Of a stretch of DNA of 64,000 nt, positions 8,828 to 18,155 are shown piece by piece. The position numbers and the translations under genes are program-made. The notes beneath the pieces are model-generated. The model was given only the letters and a program-made list of their open reading frames with translations, was not told the DNA's origin and did no database searches. Within the stretch, counting starts at the first letter, position 1; every line of letters begins with the position of its first letter. Source of the stretch: Thecamonas trahens ATCC 50062 (Eukaryota; Protista; Apusomonadida); contig NW_013657642.1 in NCBI RefSeq assembly GCF_000142905.1, positions 255,851 through 319,850 on the forward strand, given 5' to 3'.

Positions 8828-9840
8828 ATGTCTGCAGTCTCCCCCAAGCGCGAAGCCTCTGAGCCCGCTGACAACCAGCGCCCGACCAAGGTCGCCAAGC
8901 CCCTCGACGGCGCCCAGTCAGTACGCCCTCTTGCTCTCCCGCTCCCGCTGACCTATCAAGCCACTGCGCCCACACTCCCCCCCCCCCCCTCCACACACAC
9001 TCACTCACTCCCTCCACACACCCATAGGCTGGTGCCCCCGCCGCAGCCTACATCCGCACCAAGCTGCCGGGCTTTGCCCCGCGGCTGGCCATCATCCTCG
9101 GCTCGGGCATGGGCGGTGTCGCCGACGCCATCGAGGACAAGACCGAGTTCCCCTACTCGGAGCTCCCGGGCTTCCCGGTCTCGACCGTCCAGGGCCACGC
9201 CGGCACTTTTGTCTGCGGTACGCTCGAGGGCGTCCAGGTTGCCTGCCTCAAGGGCCGCGTGCACCTCTACGAGGGCACCGACCCGCAGCTCATCCGCGCT
9301 CCGATCTACACCTTTAAGGAGCTCGGCTGCGAGATCATGTTCTCCACCTCGGCTGTCGGCTCGCTCCGTGAGGACGTCGGCCCCGGCGAGCTCTTCCTCC
9401 TCAAGGACCACATCAACCTGCAGGCCCGCAACCCGCTTATCGGCCCCAACGACCCCATCGGCCCGCGCTTCCCCTCGCTGCTCAACGCCTACGACCCGGC
9501 CCTCCGCGCCCTCATCCAGGCCAAGGCTGCCGAGAACGAGATCAACATCACTGAGGGCGTGTACCTCGCCTGCCTCGGCCCGTCGTTCGAGACCCCGGCC
9601 GAGATCAAGGCCTTCAAGATCCTCGGCGCCGACTGCGTCGGCATGTCTGTCGTCCCCGAGGTCATCGTCGCCCGCCACTGCGACCTCCGCGTCGCCACCG
9701 TCTCCATCGTCGTCAACCTCGCCGCTGGCCTCACCAACGAGCACATCACCCACGACGAGACCCTCCACTTCTCCGGGCTCGCTGCCGGCAAGGTCACCCA
9801 GCTCGTCAAGTCCTTCATCGCTGCCAACGGCGAGTGGTAG
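8828..9840 (+). CDS. PNP: Trimeric-type purine nucleoside phosphorylase, XapA-like; exons 8828-8920 and 9028-9840
   Basis: IILGSGMGG, PGFPVSTVQGHAG, KGRVHLYEG, DHIN, GPSFETPAE, GADCVGMSVVPEVIVARHC, VNLAAG. Confidence 0.95.
8921..9027 (+). other. Spliceosomal intron in PNP (107 nt)
   Basis: GTACGC...CCCATAG, phase 0. Removal restores the frame from ATG 8828. Confidence 0.8.
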
Positions 9841-10091
9841 TCTGCTGCGCCACGTCTCCGTGCCCCACACCCGTCGGCCTCCCCCCCACACACACCCTCT
9901 TTCTCCAAGTGAATGTCAGTGAGATCCCGCCCTGCTGTCCAACCCCCGTTCGCCCGCCCGTCCGCCACCCCCCTGCCAAAACCGACTGCGACCGACTCGG
10001 ATGACGCCATGCGCACGTCGTGCCTTCCTTCGCCTCCCCCCCTTCCTTCCCCACCGTCCACACCCACACCCACACCCAACTCATCCACACC

Positions 10092-11300
10092 ATGGCCGCA
10101 CGCAGCCCTGCACACGCCGCCGTCCTCGGAGCACTCATCGGCGATGCCGCTGCCATCGGCTCGCATTGGATCTATGGCGCTGGCAACGTGGCCGCACGCT
10201 TGGGGCCCTCGCCGGCCTTTGCCGCACCTGACAAGGCCAACTACGAGCCGCCGGCGTACTACGCCCACGGGACCAAGTCTGTGGGCGAGTCGACCCACCT
10301 CGGCCACGCTACCGTTGTTGCTCTCGCCGCTCTCGCCACCGCGCCGCCGTCGGCCCCTCTCGTCCCCGGCCCAGGCCCCTGGCGCGCAGCCTTCCTCGCT
10401 GCCTACGACTACGGCGGAGCCTGGGTCGGCTACATCGACTCGGCCACCCGCGGGACCATGGCCAACATCAAGGCCGCCGTTGACTCTGCCGTGGTCGCCG
10501 CCGTTCCCGATGCCGATCCCGCGCAGGCCGCCGCCCTCGCCAAGGCCGCAAACAGCATCGGCGGCGCTGCCGCGCTCAGCCTCGGCACGCCCGAGTACCT
10601 CCCGGCCCTCCGCAAGGCTCTGGCCGATACCAAGGTCACAGCCCCAGGCGATGATGCCCTTGAGGCCTTTTCCACCGCCCTTGCTGCACCTATCGGCGAT
10701 GGCAATGACACTCAGACCAACGCGCTCTGCAAAGTCCTGCCGTACGTCCTTGCCGTCGACGCCGGCCTTGCCCGCGACGACGTCCTTGCGCTCGTCGCCG
10801 ATGCCATCGCCGAGACTCAGAACAACTCCGTCTCGCAGCTCGCCATCACCAACCTCTTCACTATTCTGCTCGATGTTGTCTCCGGTACTAGCATTGCCGA
10901 CGCCGTCGCTGCTGGCCTCGCCGGTCTTGACGCCGCGGTCGACGCCGGCACGCCGCATGCCGCCGAGTACGCCAAGTACGCACACCTCGCTGTGACGCTC
11001 GCCGCTGACGGTGTCGACGACTGTGTCGCTGTTGCCGACGAGCACTTTGGCTCTGCCTGCCCGCTCGAGTTTACCCTTCCGTGCCTCTACCACGCGCTAT
11101 CGGTCGCTTCCGACTACCACGACGCCGTCAATCGCGCCCTGCTTGTCGGCGGCGACTCGGCGGCCCGCACCGCGTATCTAGGCGCAGTCTACGCTGCTGC
11201 CCATGGCTACGAGACCATCCCGCATGCCTGGCGCAGCCTCACCTCGCAGCTCCAGGCAACGGCCGCTGAGCACATCGCTGCCATCACGAGCCGTGCTTGA
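10092..11300 (+). CDS. ADP-ribosylglycohydrolase, SelJ/J1-crystallin-like clade
   Basis: AAVLGALIGDAAAIGSHWIY, GYIDSATRGT, AETQNN, FGSACPL, GGDSAARTAYLGAVYAA..IPHAW. Confidence 0.88.
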   Translation: MAARSPAHAAVLGALIGDAAAIGSHWIYGAGNVAARLGPSPAFAAPDKANYEPPAYYAHGTKSVGESTHLGHATVVALAALATAPPSAPLVPGPGPWRAAFLAAYDYGGAWVGYIDSATRGTMANIKAAVDSAVVAAVPDADPAQAAALAKAANSIGGAAALSLGTPEYLPALRKALADTKVTAPGDDALEAFSTALAAPIGDGNDTQTNALCKVLPYVLAVDAGLARDDVLALVADAIAETQNNSVSQLAITNLFTILLDVVSGTSIADAVAAGLAGLDAAVDAGTPHAAEYAKYAHLAVTLAADGVDDCVAVADEHFGSACPLEFTLPCLYHALSVASDYHDAVNRALLVGGDSAARTAYLGAVYAAAHGYETIPHAWRSLTSQLQATAAEHIAAITSRA

Positions 11301-13371
11301 GCACCAGCTCGTCGACCTCGACCGTCGCCCGCGCGTAAAACAGTCCCTCTTCCCCGCACACGCGTCCCTTCCACCACCCGGACTCATCAACCTCGAGTAC
11401 CTCAACGTAGTCGTCGACAAACAGCGTCAGCTCGTGCGCAGTCCGCGCCTCGTGGTTCACCAGCGACCGCCGCAACATGTGCAAGCTCTCCGGTGGCGGC
11501 GGAAACGGTGCCAGTGCACCCGCCACGTTCTCCGGTCCCGTGCCAGCGCTCACGTACACCGAGTTGATCCGCCTGGTTCCACTCGACCGCCGGATCGAGT
11601 CACCGAGCGCAACAACAGGCAAGTCTGATGTCGACTTGAAGCCGGCACGCCCGATCCGTCGCCGCCGGGCCTTGGCCTCGTCGCGGCTGAGCTGCGGCGA
11701 GTAGCTCATCCGCCACTGCCGGTTGCTGACCCCGCCCGGACTTTGCCCAGCTGCAGGCTCGCGGCTCGCCATCATCCCAGCCGGCAGCAGCAACGGGACA
11801 GCGAGGAGGCTTGCAGCGCCGGCGCCAGCCGCGAGGTGCGCGGGGCTTGCGCTTGACGCCTCACCCCGACCGCCGTCGCTCCCGCCGCCCGCATCGGTGC
11901 CTCCACCCAGAACGCTTCCGGTCTCGCCGACTCCGCCATCGGTCCCACTGCCGGCTCCGTCCGAGACCGCGGCCATTGAGCTTCGTTGCGAGCTGACACA
12001 TGACGTCTGCACTGTGTCATCGCTTGGCGTCCGCAGTATGCTCACGTACGGGACAAACGTCGGCGGTTGCTCACGAAGTGACGAGGTACGGTAGACCTTG
12101 ACAAAGGTCTGCATGTCAGTCCGCGACTGGATGTTGTCAACAGCTGTGACCAGCGCCTGCTTGGCAGTGGTCTGGCCGGGATGCGGATCGACGAGCAGGC
12201 GGGTAACCGACTCGAGTCGGGCCTGCAGGAACTCGGCACGCTCGCGTTCGAGGGCCTCGAACCGAACACACGACTGCTCGGCATAAAGGTTGTACCGAGC
12301 GACAAGCTCGGTGGTGGCCTCGACAGCTCGAGTGTAGTTGGCTTCAGCAACCTTGGCTTCTTTCACCGCCTTGACTTGCTTCTCGGTCAGCTTCATGACC
12401 TCGACCGATGACAGGACCGCGGTGTTCATGATCTCCACCGTTGCCTTTTGCAGCTCCTCGTCGTCGCGCGACTTGCCGTGGTACTTTTCGCGCAGCTTGG
12501 GCAGCGTGGCTCTCAGAGAGCTTAGCTCCTTGTGCAGCTTGGCCTCGACCCGTACGTCCTCCTTGGGCTCGTTCTTAAAGTACTCCTTGAACGCCCGCAT
12601 CGGCGTCAGAATCTCGCGGGCCAGCGTCTCGGATCGCTCTGTCGCCCGGATCCCGGTCTCCATGACCAGCCCGACTAATGTGCTCACGCACTCACGGAGT
12701 GAGTCGTACTCGACCGAAAAGTCCATCGAGGCCTTGGCCACCGCCTTGGCTAGCGCCCGACCGTAGTGCTCCTCCGCCGCCGCCACGTCCGAGAGAAAGC
12801 CCGACACATGCTTGAGCATCCGCTTCGAGTCACGCAGCCGCCGCACAAGCGTCTCAAACCCGCGCATTCTGGCCTCGCTCTCCCCCTCGCCACCACCTCC
12901 ACCGCCAGCCCGGCCATCGTTGCCGCCGCTCCCGATCCTCCCAGTCCTGTCCCGCCTGCCCATCCCGGCCCCAACCACGCTCGAGTACTCTTCTGGCTCC
13001 AGAGCCGACACGCCCCAGAAATGATCCTTAAACGTCAGCTCTTCGCCAGCGCCACTTTCGTCGTCTGCATCTTCCACGTCTCCGTCCGTTTGCGCTACGC
13101 TGCCTCCCACCGCCTCCGCCGCCATCTCTGGATGGCCATCCGCTTCCGCCACGCCGCACGCCGCCGCCGCCACCTTCGCCTCGTCCACCCATTCCCCACC
13201 GGCATCCTCCACGCCCTCGCCATACTCCTTGCTCCTGCTCATCAGTCTGTCGCGTCGCTTCTCCACCGTCGCCGCACGCTTCCGTCCCGTCATGGCCGCT
13301 GCAGGAAGGCCCACCACGCTCGACTTGCCCGACACGTCCGACATGGTCGACTTGCCCGACACGTCCGACAT
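11284..13371 (-). CDS. F-BAR (FCH) plus SH3 protein, PSTPIP/Cdc15-like
   Basis: TFKDHFWG..GFETLVRRLRDSKRMLKHVSGFLSDVAAAEEHYGRAL; FEALERERAEFLQ; C-terminal SH3 HEARTAHELTLFVDDYVEVLEVDESGWWKGRVCGEEGLF. Confidence 0.88.
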   Translation of the reverse strand: MSDVSGKSTMSDVSGKSSVVGLPAAAMTGRKRAATVEKRRDRLMSRSKEYGEGVEDAGGEWVDEAKVAAAACGVAEADGHPEMAAEAVGGSVAQTDGDVEDADDESGAGEELTFKDHFWGVSALEPEEYSSVVGAGMGRRDRTGRIGSGGNDGRAGGGGGGEGESEARMRGFETLVRRLRDSKRMLKHVSGFLSDVAAAEEHYGRALAKAVAKASMDFSVEYDSLRECVSTLVGLVMETGIRATERSETLAREILTPMRAFKEYFKNEPKEDVRVEAKLHKELSSLRATLPKLREKYHGKSRDDEELQKATVEIMNTAVLSSVEVMKLTEKQVKAVKEAKVAEANYTRAVEATTELVARYNLYAEQSCVRFEALERERAEFLQARLESVTRLLVDPHPGQTTAKQALVTAVDNIQSRTDMQTFVKVYRTSSLREQPPTFVPYVSILRTPSDDTVQTSCVSSQRSSMAAVSDGAGSGTDGGVGETGSVLGGGTDAGGGSDGGRGEASSASPAHLAAGAGAASLLAVPLLLPAGMMASREPAAGQSPGGVSNRQWRMSYSPQLSRDEAKARRRRIGRAGFKSTSDLPVVALGDSIRRSSGTRRINSVYVSAGTGPENVAGALAPFPPPPESLHMLRRSLVNHEARTAHELTLFVDDYVEVLEVDESGWWKGRVCGEEGLFYARATVEVDELVLKHGS

Positions 13372-13374
13372 GGT
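13321..13374. repeat. Perfect 27-nt tandem duplication containing the start codon of the F-BAR gene
   Basis: CGACTTGCCCGACACGTCCGACATGGT x2, encoding MSDVSGKST-MSDVSGKSS. Confidence 0.95.
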
Positions 13375-13620
13375 CTACCTCGTCAGCAACAACTCCGCCC
13401 CTTGGTCACCACTTCTTGTGCCTTGGTCACTCCTGGCGTGCCTGCAGTCCGAGTCGCGAGAGGTGCCACCCGCCTGTTCCCCTGTCCCCGCTCACGTTCC
13501 CCCCCCCCCGATCCCCGCTGCCGCGCCCACCTCGACGGCCACACGCTCGCACTGTCAATGGCCTAAACCTGGCAGCTGGCTGGAATTCGGACAGCAATTC
13601 GTTTACACCATGATAAGGGG

Positions 13621-15318
13621 TCACAGCATCGAGATCGAGTTGCTCCGCTGTCGGCCTTGGATGGCGGCGCGCCGACGTTCGGCTACACTGGTCGGTGGGA
13701 ATAGGCCCGAGGTTGGCGACTTGACCGGCGAGGGCGCGGGACTAGCGGCAGCAAGCGTCCTGGCCATCATCGACGCAGCAAGCATGTCAGAGCCTGCCAT
13801 CGTCGACGACCGCAGTGCGCCCGACGTCCCCGAGAGTCGCAGCTTGTGTGCGGTGAGCGTCCGCGGCCCACTCGGCGCACCCTTGAGAATCTCCACGTCA
13901 CGCTCCAGCCGCCGCCGGATCGATTGCTGCTTGAGCAGCTTCTCCTTGAGCAACCGTGAGGTCTGCGCTTCGGACGACCCCAGCGGCGCACCACCTTCGT
14001 GGTCATGCCCAACCGCCTTGATCTTGGACAACTCACTGAGCCGGCGCTCGAGCTGCCGCTTCTGGATGTCGAGTGTCTTGACCTTCTTCTTGAGAGCAAT
14101 GACCCGCTGCTTAAGCTTCTGGACCAGCTCGGTCGAGGCGCCAGCAGGCAGCTCGTGGTCGGTCGACTCGGACGGCGCAGCTGCTCCGTCACCTCCGGCA
14201 CCGGTTGCAGCCTTGTATGCCTTCTTGAGCGCAAGATGCTTGGCGGCGAGGCCCTTGAGCTTATCACGGTTCTCGATGTACATCTCCTTGAGCTTGGTGT
14301 TCTGCGCACGCTTCTTCTTGAACTCCTCCTTCAGCTGCTTGTGCAGTTCGAGGACCTGGATCAGCTTCTTCTTCTTCTTAATAAACTGGACCTTGAGCGC
14401 CTTAAACATCCTCTTGAGCTTGACATGTGCCTCGGCGCCGCCGACTTCAGACCCATCGATCGACGACAGCTCCTCCAACAGCGCCACAGACTCTACGAGC
14501 TGGCCTGATGAGCCCGAAATCTGCTGAACGTTCCGCTGAGAGTTCGACTTTTTGAGCTCGACCCGGACAGCGTTGACCTCCTCCTCCAGCACCATGATCT
14601 TGTCATCCTTGTCGTTCATCGCCTGTAGAACGCCGGCATGTGTGGCCTTGAGCAGCTCGAGCTCCTTGCTAACGTGAGTCTCGGCGCCGCGTGCAGCTTC
14701 GGCTTCAGCCTCGGCAGCCGCCCGAGCGTCGCGCGCTTCGACTAGCAGCGCCTCGGCCTCCTTGAGCTTGCTCTCGAGCACCTCATTCTTAAACTCGATG
14801 TCCATGATCTTGGAGAACTGCGCCTCGTGCTCGGCCTTGACATGCTCTAGCTGCGACTTGAGTTTCTCCTCCTTGCGCGAGCCACGCTTTTCCACGCTCG
14901 CATCCAGCTCCATCGACGCGTGCTCCAGCACCTGCATCTCCTCCTCCAGGTGGCGGTACTTTTTGCGCAGCTCGGCATACAGCGGCTTGACGCTCGCAGC
15001 CTCCTCGTACGCCGCCTGGACCTCGGCCAGCTTTTTCCGCAGCTCTGTAAGCTCGCCTGTGCTCCCGGGTGCGCCAGGGTCGAGCCCGGCGCCCACGCTG
15101 CCGGGCCCAGCCCCTTCCGCTCCCTCAAGAGCCGCCACCCGGGCCTCGCTCGCCTCCAGACGGACCTCCAGCTCTGCATTGGCTTCCACTAACCGTGCGT
15201 TCTCCACGAGCAGCTCCTCGTCGCAGTCCTCGTCTTGCAGTGCCTCGGCCACCAGCAGCTTCTTCTCCAACGCTCGCACCTGGACACGGAGCTCCTGGAG
15301 CTCAACCTCGGACGCCAT
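13621..15318 (-). CDS. Long coiled-coil protein of unknown function
   Basis: 565-aa ORF, E/K/L-rich heptads throughout, host-like codon usage. Confidence 0.8.
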   Translation of the reverse strand: MASEVELQELRVQVRALEKKLLVAEALQDEDCDEELLVENARLVEANAELEVRLEASEARVAALEGAEGAGPGSVGAGLDPGAPGSTGELTELRKKLAEVQAAYEEAASVKPLYAELRKKYRHLEEEMQVLEHASMELDASVEKRGSRKEEKLKSQLEHVKAEHEAQFSKIMDIEFKNEVLESKLKEAEALLVEARDARAAAEAEAEAARGAETHVSKELELLKATHAGVLQAMNDKDDKIMVLEEEVNAVRVELKKSNSQRNVQQISGSSGQLVESVALLEELSSIDGSEVGGAEAHVKLKRMFKALKVQFIKKKKKLIQVLELHKQLKEEFKKKRAQNTKLKEMYIENRDKLKGLAAKHLALKKAYKAATGAGGDGAAAPSESTDHELPAGASTELVQKLKQRVIALKKKVKTLDIQKRQLERRLSELSKIKAVGHDHEGGAPLGSSEAQTSRLLKEKLLKQQSIRRRLERDVEILKGAPSGPRTLTAHKLRLSGTSGALRSSTMAGSDMLAASMMARTLAAASPAPSPVKSPTSGLFPPTSVAERRRAAIQGRQRSNSISML

Positions 15319-16293
15319 GCTGCCCTACTCTCCAAGAGCCACTCTCCCACACACCCGCGTCCGTCTACGCCGCGAGTCGAGTGCAGTCTTGTATGCCTTT
15401 CCCAACCCCCCTCCGCTCTGTCGCCCCCCCCCCCCACACACACCCTCTCTCCCCCCCCCCTCCATCCGCATTGCCACCTACCACCCACTGCGGCCCACCG
15501 GAGCAGCCATACGGCACAGGCACCTCTTCTCGCAACACACGAGACAGGTATCTTCTCTTCCCTCCCCATACCAACAGCTTTGCCTACCCCCGCTTGGCAG
15601 GTCCCCCATCTGGGTGATGCGGCACGCTAACAAATGGTCGTAGCAGATGATAGGAATGGTCAGCCGGGCGGGGAGAGGGCTGGCAAGAGGAGAACTCGCT
15701 CTCCTTCCCCAAACACAGAACATGATACATATACACACATATACATAGTAGTCACATACGCTGTCACTCACGTCTACTGCTCTGTTCATGCCCTCTGCCC
15801 CCTCATCGGCTCATGATCCTGCCTTTCTTGTCGCTTGCGCGCACGCAGTCATCACTCGCTTACCTTCCCCGCAGAAGACAGACGCTGTTTGAATCGATCC
15901 TCCTCCCACCGTATACCCCGCTACACACCCAACACACACATATCATATCATATCATACCCCCCCCCCCCCCCTTTCCCTCCATCATCCACCGATTCCCCC
16001 CCTGCTCTCCCGCACCCCCTTCCGCTCCATGATGATCACGCCCCCCCCCCCCAACCTCAACCTCCCAATCTCCAATCTCTCATCCCCTTCTCCATCCCGA
16101 TATCCCCACCTTCTCATCCCCCCCCACCTCCTCATCACTGTCCTGATCAAACCCCCCCCCCCTCCTTCCCTCAGGCAATCCGTCCCAGCGGACCATCTCC
16201 CCATCCTCGCGCACATCCCCGCCCCCACCCCCCCCCACCACACGTACACCACCACAGCCTGCAAGCGCACTTGTCTGGCGACCAAAGAGAAAG

Positions 16294-17880
16294 ATGGAAT
16301 GCCATGGAAGGAGCAGAGTATGGGGGAGAGCACAGGAGACATGGAGGGAGATGAACGGGAACGTACGGCTGTATCTCGCCTTTACGGCTGCCTTTCGTAC
16401 CTTCTCCTCCCTCACCCTCATGTCCATTCTCGCCGTCTACGTCTTCCTCCTCTCTGGCCGATCAAACTCCATGGTTGGCATGGTAACCGGCCTCAATGGT
16501 CTCGCCAATGTAGCTTGTGCTATCCCAGCTGGTTACCTGGCTGATCGACTCTCTCGTCAAGCTCTGCTCAGGATAGCCGCCGCCATCGGTGCGGCTGCCA
16601 CCCTCGCCACCGTCATTGCCCTCGCTACCAACTCGATTGCCATGTTCTTTGTCTTCTACGCCCTCTGGGGCGCCTTCCAGGGCATCCAGGCCGCGCCTCT
16701 CTCGGCGCTCTTTGCAGACTCGGTGCCGACCGGGGCTCGATCCGGCATCTTTACTCTGCGGTACGCCATCAACGAAGGCTCGACCTTTATGGGCCCGCTT
16801 GTCTCCATCATCTTTTTCTCGGCCTTTGGGGACGAGTGGAACATGGCCCACATGCGAATTGTCCTCGCCATCGGCCTCTTCTTTGGAGTCGTCTGTTGCT
16901 GCCAGCTGCTATTCTTCAAAGACGCGGTTGCTCTCGGTGCAGAGTCTGAGGCCGCCAACTTGGGCGCCCTTGCAGCCGGCGCCGTCCCGCTCCCCGGATC
17001 CAAGTCACTGCTCGGCACTGCCGCCGACACTGGCTCCTGGTCCGACGAGCTTCATGCCGATTCGGCACTTGCCACACTCTCATCTGATGACGAACAGCAG
17101 GAGGAGGAGTCGTCAGATGCTGCCGCGCACGTGTCGCTCATCGTGCCGGAAGCTGACGACATGCGTCCGGCGCGCACTTCGTGTATGGGGCTCTTCTCCC
17201 CGGCATCTGTCCCCTACGTCATTGCCATCTCGGACTTGACCTTTGCCATGGGTGCTGGCTTCACCATTTCCTTCTTTCCGCTCTTCTTTGTCTCCGAGTA
17301 CGGGATGACTCCGTCGGGCATGTCGCTTGTCATCATGCTCGGCTCGCTCGCCACCATGGCCTCTTCGGTATGGGCCCAGCGCGTGTCCCTGATCATCGGC
17401 CGAGTCCAGACCTCGATCGTCTTCAAGATTGCCGGCACTGCCTGCCTCATCGCCATGGCCATTGTCCAGCCCATGATCCTCGTTGCTGCTCTCTACGTCG
17501 GGCGTGTCGCACTTCAGCGCGCCCCGATCCCGCTCGACCGCTCCATCGTCATGGACGTCGTCACCAAGTCGACTCGCGGTCGCTGGAACACGGTCGAGTC
17601 ACTCGGCTCGGTCACCTTCCGCGGTGCCTCCACCCTCGGCGGTCTCCTCATCGACGCCACCTCGTACCGCACCACATTTCTGGTCACTGCAGCCATCTAC
17701 GTTGTCGCCACCATCGCCATCTTCCCTGTCGTCCCGTTTGTCCCCCGATCCGAGGCCGTCCTCCAGGTCGCCGTTGTCCACTCGTCCTCCCGCTCGTCCT
17801 CCTCCGACATGGACGAAGCGAACAGCGCGCACCACTCCTCCGCCCGCACATCCGACAGCGAGCATGTTGCAGCCGTCTAG
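16294..17880 (+). CDS. Major facilitator superfamily transporter
   Basis: Two bundles of hydrophobic helices separated by an acidic loop. MFS motif A GYLADRLSRQALL; ALFADSVPTGARS; IVMDVVTKSTRGRWN. Confidence 0.92.
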   Translation: MECHGRSRVWGRAQETWREMNGNVRLYLAFTAAFRTFSSLTLMSILAVYVFLLSGRSNSMVGMVTGLNGLANVACAIPAGYLADRLSRQALLRIAAAIGAAATLATVIALATNSIAMFFVFYALWGAFQGIQAAPLSALFADSVPTGARSGIFTLRYAINEGSTFMGPLVSIIFFSAFGDEWNMAHMRIVLAIGLFFGVVCCCQLLFFKDAVALGAESEAANLGALAAGAVPLPGSKSLLGTAADTGSWSDELHADSALATLSSDDEQQEEESSDAAAHVSLIVPEADDMRPARTSCMGLFSPASVPYVIAISDLTFAMGAGFTISFFPLFFVSEYGMTPSGMSLVIMLGSLATMASSVWAQRVSLIIGRVQTSIVFKIAGTACLIAMAIVQPMILVAALYVGRVALQRAPIPLDRSIVMDVVTKSTRGRWNTVESLGSVTFRGASTLGGLLIDATSYRTTFLVTAAIYVVATIAIFPVVPFVPRSEAVLQVAVVHSSSRSSSSDMDEANSAHHSSARTSDSEHVAAV

Positions 17881-18155
17881 CGATGGACAACCAACAAACA
17901 ACCGTCTCTTGTCCGCACCACAACCACCCGTCAATGATCACCCAAGACATGTTTTCTCTAAATCGTCGCATCGCCCCCATCCCGCCGATCTGTCTGAAGA
18001 AGCCTGGCCAGCGAGACGTTCCATCGAATCGGTTCCACCGCGCCGTGACGGACACTCGAGTCATATCCGCCTGCAACAGGCCCATGCTCGCTGTTCGGTC
18101 GTCAGTTCTCCTTGCGCCTGCGCACATTCCCCATGCTCTTGCCCTCCCACCGCTC

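Noticed and set aside
11298-11300. TGA of the SelJ-like ARH as selenocysteine
   Set aside because: It falls after the complete domain, and the downstream sequence is the antisense CDS of the neighbouring gene; no SECIS was recognised.
15911-16257. Possible intron (GTATAC...CACAG) joining an upstream coding exon to the MFS gene
   Set aside because: The poly-C content fits an intron, but ATG 15813 would be out of phase. At most it is a 5' UTR intron, which is unsupported without cDNA.
17181-18155. 925-aa ORF implying a long overlap of the phosphatase with the MFS gene
   Set aside because: The upstream part is an off-frame read of the MFS CDS and begins at a non-ATG codon. The real start is after 17880.
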